NCBI RefSeq assembly: GCF_001194135.2 | Contig: NC_069004.1 | Coordinates: forward strand, 20,945,611-20,978,473 | DNA from: Octopus bimaculoides | Taxonomy: Eukaryota | DNA: 32,863 bases | Direction of reading: 5' to 3' | Part shown: positions 10,418 to 21,093 of the stretch, in pieces | How positions within the stretch are numbered: the stretch's first letter is position 1 | How the letters are laid out: the number at the start of each line of letters is the position of its first letter | Program-made: the position numbers and the translations under genes | Notes under the pieces: generated by a model | What the model was told of the DNA's origin: nothing | The model's input: the letters and a program-made list of their open reading frames with translations, nothing else | The model's database searches: none

Positions 10418-10668
10418 TGCTGTGTGCAATGAACAATATTACGTTAAAAGATACAACAGCTTAGAAAAAAAATAGGATGAGAGTTATGACGCCCACTTGT
10501 GAGTGGTAGACTGGTCTGGGTAAAGTATAAATAGTAACAATCCAAGTGAGTTCAAAGGTTCAGAGTTCAGAGTCGAGTGAAGTTCATGTTAGTTCACAGT
10601 GAAGTCGTTGGTTAGTTCACAAGGAATATTGATTGCTGGTTTGTAAAGAGATTTGTTAGTTCATTACA
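10418..10668 (+). repeat. Putative Gypsy 3' LTR
   Basis: A purine tract gaaaagaaaaag (10406-10417) follows the end of pol. The segment starts TG, contains TATAAATA at about 10526 and ends ...ATTACA. No 5' LTR is available for confirmation. Confidence 0.4.
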
Positions 10669-10669
10669 T

Positions 10670-10725
10670 TCTTTTATTCTCTTACTGGCTTTAGCTGAAG
10701 GTTGGGGCCATGCTGGAGCACCACC
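10670..10725 (-). mobile_element. SINE 3'-tail fragment
   Basis: The reverse complement reads aaaggtggtgctccagcatggcccc...gtaagagaataaaaga, the same tail type as 968-1001. Confidence 0.5.
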
Positions 10726-10764
10726 TTTCAGTGTTTGGGTCTCCTTTCTATACTAGTTTCAATG

Positions 10765-10930
10765 AAGAAGCAAGCTGGACAGAGTTTTTCTTTGTGCCTC
10801 CTACTGCGATGTAGGTTCATCTGGGATTTCAAATACAAATTTGTCCAGATACTTATTGAAGTTCTTCACATTTACACCTCACAAATCTCTGAGGTTGTTT
10901 GGCAGGATAATAAACAGTTCTGATCCCCTA
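10765..10930 (-). mobile_element. CR1/L2-group (Daphne/Crack-like) LINE ORF2 C-terminal fragment
   Basis: The minus frame reads RGSELFIILPNNLRDL*GVNVKNFNKYLDKFVFEIPDEPT, resembling the GPxLFNxLP...FKxxLDKFL..IPDEP terminus. Confidence 0.5.
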
Positions 10931-10934
10931 GATG

Positions 10935-11344
10935 GGCAACCTTGTATCTCCTCTACAGCAGCACTACTGTTTCTGTCTACATTCTCGATCACTTTCTCTA
11001 ACCGGGTAACCATATACCTCCTCTACAGCAAGACACTTGTTTCTGTCTCTCTGTCACACTCTAATCTTTCATCATCTGGTACAAGATCACCTCCTCCAAT
11101 GCTCCTTGGTGACCCTGCCAGTGCTGGTGCCATATAAAAAGCAGCCAGTCCACACTGTAAAGTAGTTGGTATTTGGAAATGCATCCAGCTGTAAAACCCA
11201 TACCAAAACTGACCTCACTTTGCATCCAGCCATAAAAACCTTGCCAAAACAGACACAGAAGTCTGGTGCAGTCTTCAGCCTAGCCAGCTCTTGTCAAAGC
11301 ATCTAACCCATGCCAGCATGGAAAGCAGACTTTAACTGATGATG
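10935..11344 (+). mobile_element. Non-autonomous element or divergent LINE 3' UTR sharing the RTE 3' tail
   Basis: The 3' about 220 bp align with the RTE tail (gtgctggtgccatataaaaagca...aacccatgccagcatggaaagcagac...gatgatg). The upstream part is unrelated. Internal duplications occur at 10948/11018 and 11180/11221. Confidence 0.6.
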
Positions 11345-11349
11345 TATTT

Positions 11350-13933
11350 CAGGTATGGTTGTTCGTCGGAACGACAAGGACCATCTGATCATCCTAGAGG
11401 GGGGTGGGGAGGTCAACATTGGTGAGTGCGGAGATGGTTGATAAGCCCAATCCGCGCTTGGAAAGGTCTGCTGCAGTAGGGACAGGGAATGGTAGCAGGT
11501 GCCGGGAGCTTCAAAGCATTGTTCTTTCTGTTCTGCCTGCACTTCTCTGCAGCAGCTTTCCTGTCACTTTCATATTGGCGGGGCACCGTTGTGAACAGCA
11601 GCCCGCCACTTGGTCCTATCTAAAGCAGTCTGCTCCCATGATGACGGGTCAATGTTGAAGGCCTTCAGTGATACCTTTAGGCTGTCTTTAAACCGTTTCC
11701 TCTGGCCACCATGGGAGCGCTTGCCGTGCTGAAGCTCACCAAGCAGAAGCTTCTTGGGTATTCTGTAGTCTGGCATGTGGGCTACATGACCAGCCCAGTG
11801 AAGCTGAGTTCTCATCAGGATGGAAGGGATGCTTGGGAGCCCGGCACGAATGAGGACTTCTGTGTCTGGTATCCTTTCCTGCCAGCTTATGCCAAGTAGA
11901 TTCCTCAGCCTGGTGGTGTGGAAGTGATTTAGATTTTTGGCGTGGCGTTGGTAGACAGTCCACGACTCACATCCATACAGTAGGGTAGTGAGTACGACAG
12001 CTTTGTAGACCTTGATCTTTATCATGGAGGTGATGCCTCTTCTGTCCCATACATTCTTGTGGAGTCTGCCGAAGACAGCACTTGCTTTGGCGAGTCTGGT
12101 GTTGATCTCATCGTCAATGACTACATTGCGGGAAAGCGTACTGCCAAAGTAGGTGAATTTGTCAACCGCATTGAGTCTTTGCTCGTTGATGGAAATGTTG
12201 GGTTCTACATATGATTTTCCCGAAGCAGGTTGGTGCATCACCTCGGTCTTCTTGGTACTGATTGTGAGACCAAAGTTGTCACAGGCTTCCGAGAATATGT
12301 CTGCACTGTGTTGCATGTCCGCCTCAGAGGTAGCATTTAGGGCACAGTCATCAGCAAACAGAAAGTCATTGATAGTGTCTGTTGTAACTTCGGATTTTGC
12401 TCGTAGCCTCCTGACATTGAAAACTGATCCATCAAATCTGTACCTAATTCCAATGCCCACATCAGCGTCTCCAAAGGCGTCCGTCAGCCTTGCAGAGAAC
12501 ATGAGGCTGAACAGGGTAGGATCTAAAACACACCCCTGTTTCACTCCATTTGTGACTTCAAAAGGGTCAGAGGTCTCTCCCACTATCTCATACTCTGGCC
12601 AGCATTCCATCATGAAATTGGCGTGTGATGGTGATGAATTTTATAGGACACCCATACTTTGCCATGATTCTCCAGAGGCCTTCTCTGCTTACAGTGTCAA
12701 AGGCTTTGGTCAGATCAACATAAGTGGAGTATAGATCCACGTTTTGTTCTTGGCACTTTTCTTGGAGCTGCCTGGCAGCAAACACCATATCAATAGTACC
12801 GCGATCCTTGCGGAATCCACATTGGCTCTCTGGTAAGAGGTCTTTTTCCAGATGAACTATGAGCCTGTTCAGCAGTACTCTGGCCAGTACCTTGCCTGCA
12901 ATGGATAACAAGGATATCCCACGATAGTTATTACAGGCCTGGCGGTTTCCTTTGTGCTTGTAAAGATGTATGATGGAGGTATCTTTGAAGTTTTGGGGGA
13001 GTACCTCCTCCTGCCAGATGAGGTGGAGAAGCTGATGGAGTTTCTCAGTCAAGGTCCTGCTGCCCTCTTTATAGATCTCAGCTGGGATAGAGTCTGAGCC
13101 AGGCGCTTTCCCAGTGGACAACAGGCAGATTGCTTTCTCAATCTCTTCAAGGGTTGGAAGTTCATCCATTTCCTCATTTACAGTAATTTGGGGGAGGCGG
13201 TCAATGGCCCCATCATTGATGGTAGAGGGGCGGTTTAGTACACTTTTAAAATGCTCTGCCCACCTTCCCAGGACCATGTCTTTGTTGGTGATGAAAGTGG
13301 ATCCGTCCGCACCGAGGAAAGGTGATGATCCAGATGAGGTTGGACCATAAATTTCCTTAAGACCATCATGAAAGTTCTTCATGTCATTCCCATCTGCATA
13401 TCCTTGAATCTCTTCTGCTTTCTTGCTTAGCCAGGAATCATGCATCTGTCTGAGCTTCATCTGAATGTTGCTACACAAACTTTTCCATGTGTCCTTCTTT
13501 GGTTTGGAGGATGGATCTTCAATATGGGCTTTGTATTCAGAATGCTTTTCTTCTAGCAACTGAGTAATCTCAGTGCAGTTTTCATCAAACCAGTCTTTGT
13601 GTTTCCTGGAGATTGGTCCAAGGCACTCCAAAGCTGTGTTGTACACGATCTCACGGATTGCTTCCCATGCTGCTTCCACGTCTTGACTGCCTATCGCAAT
13701 AGGTTCAAGGTGTTCTGCCAGAGTTTCAGAGAGAGATTTCTGGACAGTTTCTGTTTTCAGCTTGTTGACATTCAGTCGTTTTGGTGCTTTCTTTCCTTGG
13801 GGTCTTCTCTTTGGTTGGATATGCAGATTGAGCTTAGCAACTATGAGGCGGTGGTGTGTCCAGCACTCAGCTCCACAGATGGCCCTAGTGATACGTATGT
13901 CCCGCCTGTCCCTCTTCCTGATGATGACATAGT
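11350..13933 (-). mobile_element. BovB/RTE-1-like LINE, 5'-truncated at the end of the endonuclease, near-intact RT
   Basis: It contains (D)YVIIRKRDRRDIRITRAICGAECWTHHRL, KAPGSDSIP, NYRGISLL, QCGFRKDRGT, VDLTKAFDTV, GVKQGCVL, FLFADD, FTYFGS and a terminal CPYC..ARIGLINHLRTH. There is a stop plus frameshift near 12590 and a frameshift near 11580. Confidence 0.95.
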
Positions 13934-13939
13934 AAATTA

Positions 13940-14290
13940 GATACCAGTGTTTTGAGCGAGGATTTCAGATAAAAAGATGTGGAACTGTACTACAACTGTC
14001 TTGTTTCTGATTGGAGTTCAAGAATTCTCTTGTTTTATAGATTAGTATCAGTTATGGACACATTTTGATTGGCTGAGGATGATCACATGATTAGGTTTAG
14101 AAATTTTTGTAAGTTTTGTCACCATGTCACCTTTGGTCTGGCAGATGCTTTGCTTCAACCACAGATTTGGTTATCACCCTCAGCAGATTGTCCTGTAAGA
14201 ACCTCCAGTTGTTCTCTATGTTGTATATCTCCATCTCTTTCTCCTTCTCATTAAAGGCTTCATTAGGGTCATCTCTAAATCTCTGCCCAT
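13940..14290 (-). mobile_element. Possible old LINE fragment (EN-RT linker)
   Basis: ORF 14127..14357 contains IENNWRFLQDNLLRVITKSV, weakly like LINE linker regions. Confidence 0.3.
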
Positions 14291-14315
14291 ATGATATGGG
14301 CAGAGATTTAGAGAT
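14271..14315. repeat. Perfect 45-bp palindrome (22-bp arms, 1-nt spacer)
   Basis: ATCTCTAAATCTCTGCCCATAT-G-ATATGGGCAGAGATTTAGAGAT. Confidence 0.97.
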
Positions 14316-14674
14316 CCTTATGCATGTATGTATGTAATAAGGAGTTGGTAACAACAAAAGTAAAATCTGAGATCTTAAATTATTGTTATTCTAAGTTTAA
14401 CATTGTTATCATGACAGAGTTCTGTCAAAAAGTCAGAGGAGAAAAGCAGTAGCTGAAACCTTTTGCAGAGCCTGTCAGACCTGTGGGAGGAAGACCCTAA
14501 GACTAGACACTTGGTCTGAATGTAGGTAACAGAGTGACACATAAGGGTCAAATAATGGTTTTAAACTGAGGTGCCATTAAGTTGGATCCAACTCAGAAAC
14601 TTGTCTATTAGTTGGTAACTAAATGTAAAGCTCTGAATTCCATAAACTGAAAGGAAACAACAAATAAATCTCAC

Positions 14675-14767
14675 CAATTTCCTGAAGTAAAAAAACTAAA
14701 TTTGTGGAAGTTAATGCACTTGTTTCAACAAACACTGCACCATTGCTGTCAGCAAACGACTTTCCAT
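14675..14767 (-). CDS. Rab GTPase exon with G5 motif: (D)GKSFADSNGAVFVETSALTSTNLVFLLQEI(A)
   Basis: 93 nt, phase 1 at both ends. Acceptor is ttttttttctttag| (AG at 14768-69) and donor |GTGAGA (GT at 14673-74). It is in frame with both flanking exons. Confidence 0.93.
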
Positions 14768-15236
14768 CTAAAGAAAAAAAAGAAAGAAAGAAGAAACAGA
14801 TATAGTTAGATAAAAAAATTAATTAATGATTTCTTATTTATCTTTCCAATCATTAACCTGAAAATTACAATTAGCTCTCACTGTTGAAGACTGGGTCTTT
14901 CAATTCAGTTATGTCATACAATAGATGGATAAATCATATACTAGTCACAAGCATACAGATACATTAATTTAGAGCTTATCCTAATCTCAGGATTTTCTGA
15001 AATGGTGAGTACAAGCTTTGCTCCTGGGTGGGACACTGGCCCACTGTAAGCACCAACCCCTAGCTGGAGATAACTGGATGTGGTTATTTTGACACTGATG
15101 ATTTGGTACAGGTGACTGGATGTTTAGGCTGCTTTGGCAATTGTGTTTTGGCACTGGAGGTAAATGCATGTCTATACAGAAATATGTGCACATAGACAGA
15201 GTGAGAGAGAGACATTATGCATACAAATACAAACAG

Positions 15237-15266
15237 GAGAGAGAGAGCGAGAGAGAGAGAGGGAGG

Positions 15267-15297
<31 letters not shown>
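15237..15297. repeat. (GA)n microsatellite
   Basis: Direct inspection. Confidence 0.95.
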
Positions 15298-15846
15298 GGG
15301 GAAAGAATAAGAGATACATAAAATGTCTGATGTCACATAAGTCAGCACCAAAATGTCTTATACTTTACTGTTGGTGCTCATTGTCAGTTGCATGGAATAG
15401 AATAAAATGACATAAAACATTTCTTGGGTATAGTGTACCTTGAGTAGCACCACTCACTGTGTCCTTCTATACTAACACAGTAAGGTGTAAACTGAGAAAA
15501 ATATAGCTATTATTTCTATTATGTTGATCAGCTCTGTGGCGATTTCCTCATTGGCTCCAGTGAAGTGGAGAGTAAGACAAAGCAAACCAATCAGAGTCAT
15601 GTTTCTAGCTTAGTAGCACAACACAATGGCCTAAGTTGTAAGGTTATTACCAACACAGCTGTCAGAAAAAAGCTACCAAACTGGGAATGATACCTGAGAT
15701 AAAGTTGTGCACTCTATGCAGGTAGATTTACTTTCCTTACCCCTCTTGGTTGAGGATATATCTATATTCTATTTTGTCATTCTTTTAATGTAACCTTGCT
15801 GAACACTACCTTCAAGGAGTTTTAGTTCATTATAGCAACCCTAGTA

Positions 15847-16847
15847 ATCATCATCATCATCATCATCATCGTTTAACGTCCGCTTTCCATGCTAGCATGG
15901 GTTGGACGATTTGACTGAGGACTGGTGAAACCGAATGGCAACACCAGGCTCCAGTCTAATTTGGCAGAGTTTCTACAGCTGGATGCCTTTCCTAACGCCA
16001 ACCACTCAGAGAGTGTAGTGGGTGCTTTTACGTGTCACCCGCACGAAAACGGCCACGCTCNNNNNNNNNNNNNNNNNNNNNNNNNNNNNNNNNNNNNNNN
16101 NNNNNNNNNNNNNNNNNNNNNNNNNNNNNNNNNNNNNNNNNNNNNNNNNNNNNNNNNNNNNNNNNNNNNNNNNNNNNNNNNNNNNNNNNNNNNNNNNNNN
16201 NNNNNNNNNNNNNNNNNNNNNNNNNNNNNNNNNNNNNNNNNNNNNNNNNNNNNNNNNNNNNNNNNNNNNNNNNNNNNNNNNNNNNNNNNNNNNNNNNNNN
16301 NNNNNNNNNNNNNNNNNNNNNNNNNNNNNNNNNNNNNNNNNNNNNNNNNNNNNNNNNNNNNNNNNNNNNNNNNNNNNNNNNNNNNNNNNNNNNNNNNNNN
16401 NNNNNNNNNNNNNNNNNNNNNNNNNNNNNNNNNNNNNNNNNNNNNNNNNNNNNNNNNNNNNNNNNNNNNNNNNNNNNNNNNNNNNNNNNNNNNNNNNNNN
16501 NNNNNNNNNNNNNNNNNNNNNNNNNNNNNNNNNNNNNNNNNNNNNNNNNNNNNNNNNNNNNNNNNNNNNNNNNNGGAGCATACTGGCTTCATTCCTTGCG
16601 AGCTTACGTATGTCCTCAGCAGTTACTGCCCATGTTTCACTGCCATGTAGCATGGCTGTTCGTACGCATGCGTCATACAGTCTGCCTTTTACTCTGAGTG
16701 AGAGTCCCTTTGTCGCCAGCAGGGGTAAGAGCTCTCTAAACTTTGCCCAGGCTGTTCTTATTCTAGCAGCTACACTTTCAGCGCACCCACCCCCACTACT
16801 AACTTGGTCGCCCAGATAGCGGAAGCTATCGACTACCTCTAGTTTTT
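15847..16847 (-). mobile_element. 5'-truncated RTE LINE spanning a gap
   Basis: The tail appears as (ATC)n at 15847-15870, followed by the conserved RTE 3' end. After the gap it reads EKLEVVDSFRYLGDQV...LHGSETW. It retains many CpGs. A possible degenerate TSD is aaccctagta (15837-46) / aaccctggaa (16848-57). Confidence 0.92.
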
Positions 16848-17074
16848 AACCCTGGAATGAGATAGAAGTTGTTTCCTGTTTGTTTACAGTCTTTATTGCA
16901 CCTGAACATCTGCCACAAACAAAAATCTGGTACTTATTTCATTATTTCATCTGGTACTTATTTTATTACACTCAAAAGACTTTTAAAACAATGTAGACAT
17001 TGACTTAAGGACAGGTAACTCAGTCAGACATAAATAGCACAAGATACTCAACTCCTTCTCCAACACTTTGTTAT

Positions 17075-17113
<39 letters not shown>

Positions 17114-17728
17114 TACACGCACTCACACTAGCAGACCCAGTCTGAACCCTATTGACTTTTCAGTAAGCCTGTTTATAAATATTGAAAGTAGTAGTCAGCA
17201 TAGTACCATGAGTTTTGGATTCTTCTTCCGGTTCTTCCACTAGTCTCAAAGATCCTGCAAAATCTATGCTACTGCCCTTCTTTCATTGACTAAACAATAA
17301 GCAATTATAGAGAAATACAAGTATATCAAATACTATACAATATAAAAGTTCTTGATTTATCTTTTGAAGATAGGTCATAATTACCAAATGGAAGTTAAGA
17401 TTAGCTCCATTATGAAGAAGTGAGATAATCTCAAGAATGACATTAAGGAACCGGACAGTTATTGACATATGTTTCTGCCTCAATTCTTCAACTTTATATC
17501 CAGTAGCCAAGAGACTTAGTCTTTTACAAAAAGAGTAGAACATAGTTATGGCCCAGGTAATTTGCATAATTTAAACAAGAACGAGAACAAATACAGGTAT
17601 ATCAAATACCATACAACATAAGTTATTATAGATTTATTAAAACTTGTCAGCTTTGGAGTTTTTGATTCTTGAGATTATCTCCTCTCTCATATGAATCCGA
17701 TCATAATTGCCATTTGTTAATTGTAATA

Positions 17729-19540
17729 TCAGGTCATTAAGAATGAAATGTTCAATTTTCTTACACACAAAGTTTGACAGTTGTTAACTCTAATGTTTTA
17801 TCTTGACAATTCTTTGTTTTACAACATTGAAGAGTTACATAATCACTTTTCGAAATGTAATTCATGGTGTCTGATTATATTGTGAGTTTTCTCTTGTAAA
17901 TCAATTTTTGTGAACCCATGGATAGATAAAAAGTTTGTGTTGTTTATGAATATGAGTTCCGCAAGTTCCAGTCGGGTGACTTTACTCTTGAAAATCAGCC
18001 CCGTGGTAGTCCTGAGACCTGAGACCAAGGTGGATAATGATAAGCTGGAAACTGTAGTGGAAGTGGGTACTTCTCAAACTTCACCAAAAAAAGCTAATGA
18101 TGTTTGTTTGGTGGTCCAGCACTGGTGTCATCTATTACAGCTTCATGAGACCTGGTAAGTCAATTACAGTGGATGTATACATCAACCAATTGGATGAAAT
18201 GATGAGTGAGCTTGCAATTAAACAACTGAGATTGGTCAACAGAAACAAGCCAATTCTCTTGCAAGACAATGCTTGACCACATGTTGTACAAAGAATGCTA
18301 CTCAAGTCACAGGAACTGAACTTGGAAGTACTCTGTCATTTACCATATTCACCAGACCTTGCACCAACAGACTATCACGTTTTCCAGGCATTCGACAACT
18401 TTTTGCAAGGAAAAAACTTCAAATCTGAAGAAGATGCAAAAACAGTCTTTTGTGATTTCATCACCTCTTGCTCTCCAGAATTCTTAGCTGCCAGCATAAA
18501 TAAGCTACCGATAAAATGGCGAAATTGTGTTGATAATTTGGATGCATACTTTGATTAACTGCATTACTTTTGTTGAGATAAAGTATGCTCCGCTGGATGT
18601 GTAATGTCAGTGTGCATACTCGACAGAGTGTAAGTACTTTGAGAGAAAAGTTGGACCTAAGAAGCATCAGATGTGGTATGCAAGAGAGACAACTGCGCTG
18701 GTATGGTCATGTGGTAAGAATGGATGGGGATAGCTGTGTGAAAAAGTGCTACACCCTAGCAGTTGAGGGAACATCTGGAAGAGGTAGACCCAGGAAGACC
18801 TGGGATGATGTGGTGAAGCACAACCTTCGAACATTAGGCCTCACCGAGGCAATGACTAGTGACCAAGATCTTTGGAAATATGCTGTGCGTGAGAAGACCC
18901 GGCAAGCTAAGTGAGACCATAACCAGTGGCCTATGCCAGGGGTGTAACCAGCCCACTTATGCATACCTTTCCTTCACTGGACACTAAACTCTGCTTGCAA
19001 AGACCTATTGAGGCAAGTGAAATTGAAATCAAATTTGATGACTGGCATCCATGCTGGCGGAGCGCTAAGAGCACCATCCGAGCATGATTGTTGCCAGAGC
19101 AGGTGACTAGCTTTCATGCCGGTGGCACATAAATAGTACCATTCAAGCGTGATCATTACCAGCGTCACCTTACTGGCACTTATGCCAGTGGCATGTGAAA
19201 AAACATTCGAGCGAGGTCGTTGCCAGTGCCGCTGGACTGGCTCCTGTGCATGAGGCACATAAAAAACACCATTTGAGCGTGGCCATTGCCAGTACTGCCT
19301 GACTGGCACTCATGCCGGTGGCACGTAAAAGCACCCAGTACACTCTCGGAGTGGTTGGCATTAGGAAGGGCATCCAGCTGTAGAATCTCTGCCAGATCAG
19401 ATTGGAGCCTGGTGCAGCCATCTGGTTTCACCAGTCCTCAGTCAAATTGTCCAACCCATGCCAGCATGGAAGGCGGATGTTAAACGATGATGATGATGAT
19501 GATGAGTTCAAAATCAGACATTTCTTTTTTAATGACCTGA
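17729..19540 (+). mobile_element. Internally deleted mariner (DD34D) split by an RTE insertion
   Basis: TIRs TCAGGTCATTAA-x4-GAAATGT at 17729-17751 and 19518-19540 (21/23), TA flanks. Transposase pieces are MDR..YEYEF|RKFQSGDF...DNDKL, LHQKKLM..WW, QDNA-x-YSPDLAPTD (34 spacing) and AYFD* at 18558. Confidence 0.88.
18585..19504 (+). mobile_element. 5'-truncated RTE LINE inserted in the mariner 3' UTR
   Basis: ORF 18585..18914 reads MLRWMCNVSV...RWYGHV...GRPRKTW. The 3' UTR has five about 65-bp units (19049-19335) and a (GAT)n tail. agt occurs at both junctions. Confidence 0.93.
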
Positions 19541-19680
19541 TATATCTTGGAGATAATTTCAAGAAATTTATGTTGTGTAATATTTTATATACCTGTATTT
19601 GTTTATGTTGTTCAAATACATGCAACTGACTATTTTGCATTATTTCTCAAAGTTCATTTTTTAATACTATTTATACATAT

Positions 19681-19728
<48 letters not shown>

Positions 19729-21093
19729 ATGCATTAGGTAGTTAGAGTAAACCCCAGCTGTTTCCTCTTGAAAAATATCTGCTTATTCNNNNNNNNNNNN
19801 NNNNNNNNNNNNNNNNNNNNNNNNNNNNNNNNNNNNNNNNNNNNNNNNNNNNNNNNNNNNNNNNNNNNNNNNNNNNNNNNNNNNNNNNNNNNNNNNNNNN
19901 NNNNNNNNNNNNNNNNNNNNNNNNNNNNNNNNNNNNNNNNNNNNNNNNNNNNNNNNNNNNNNNNNNNNNNNNNNNNNNNNNNNNNNNNNNNNNNNNNNNN
20001 NNNNNNNNNNNNNNNNNNNNNNNNNNNNNNNNNNNNNNNNNNNNNNNNNNNNNNNNNNNNNNNNNNNNNNNNNNNNNNNNNNNNNNNNNNNNNNNNNNNN
20101 NNNNNNNNNNNNNNNNNNNNNNNNNNNNNNNNNNNNNNNNNNNNNNNNNNNNNNNNNNNNNNNNNNNNNNNNNNNNNNNNNNNNNNNACCCCACATTAGT
20201 TCTGCAGGAATATAAATAAAACATAAAAAACAGACAGTGTTGGAACTCTTTTAAGCAAAATAATATATTCCTCTATACACAATCATACAAAAAAATCCAC
20301 CTTTTTTTGTATTTATTTTTACTCGCATATATATATATATATATATATATACATCTTAATGATACTAAAACCCTAGAGATGTTTGTGTGTACCTGAAATA
20401 TCACAGAAATAGTATAGTTTATCTTAATTTATTTTGCATATTATTCTCATACTTACCTTCGGCAGTGCAGTACAAATTTTTGTGATATTTGGACCTCTAT
20501 TTATTAACATAAACAATTAAACAGAATTTTTGTTTGTTTATTTCTTGATGAAAAAAAAACATGGGTTTCTATGACATCAAAACACATACACACATACAGA
20601 ATACACACACATATATTTTTAAGTGAATGTGATTTCAAAAATGTAAGTTTTTAGTACAGCAAGTATTCATACTTTAGATTTCTTTAAACAGACAATATTT
20701 TTTTTTTTTTTTTTNNNNNNNNNNNNNNNNNNNNNNNNNNNNNNNNNNNNNNNNNNNNNNNNNNNNNNNNNNNNNNNNNNNNNNNNNNNNNNNNNNNNNN
20801 NNNNNNNNNNNNNNNNNNNNNNNNNNNNNNNNNNNNNNNNNNNNNNNNNNNNNNNNNNNNNNNNNNNNNNNNNNNNNNNNNNNNNNNNNNNNNNNNNNNN
20901 NNNNNNNNNNNNNNNNNNNNNNNNNNNNNNNNNNNNNNNNNNNNNNNNNNNNNNNNNNNNNNNNNNNNNNNNNNNNNNNNNNNNNNNNNNNNNNNNNNNN
21001 NNNNNNNNNNNNNNNNNNNNNNNNNNNNNNNATATATATGTATGTATGTATGTATATGTGTGTGTGTGTGTGCGTGTATAGAAAACTTCATAC

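Larger units (their letters stand above)
3601..10668 (+). mobile_element. Decayed Ty3/Gypsy (Mag-like) LTR retrotransposon pol plus putative 3' LTR; interrupted at 3656-4907 and 5305-8510
   Basis: The segments join as FLQEFLDK|LGLCTK...YPLPIPEDIFTKLNG...LDLSDAYLQ...LLTVN|THSDLYKYNRPPFG...YIDD (8625-8636). RNase [16 protein letters not shown] is at about 9058-9105 and integrase SDNGTQF at 9731-9751. There are many stops and frameshifts, and the integrase HHCC and first Asp region is deleted. Confidence 0.9.

Noticed and set aside
12153-12734. 193-aa + strand ORF
   Set aside because: It is the antisense shadow of the BovB-like RT frame.
17150-17270. Minus-strand open stretch SLRLVEEPEEESKTHG after ttttgcag, resembling an alternative Rab tail
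   Set aside because: It has no prenylation motif, lies upstream of the G5 exon and has no convincing donor. The true last exon is at 1054-1172.
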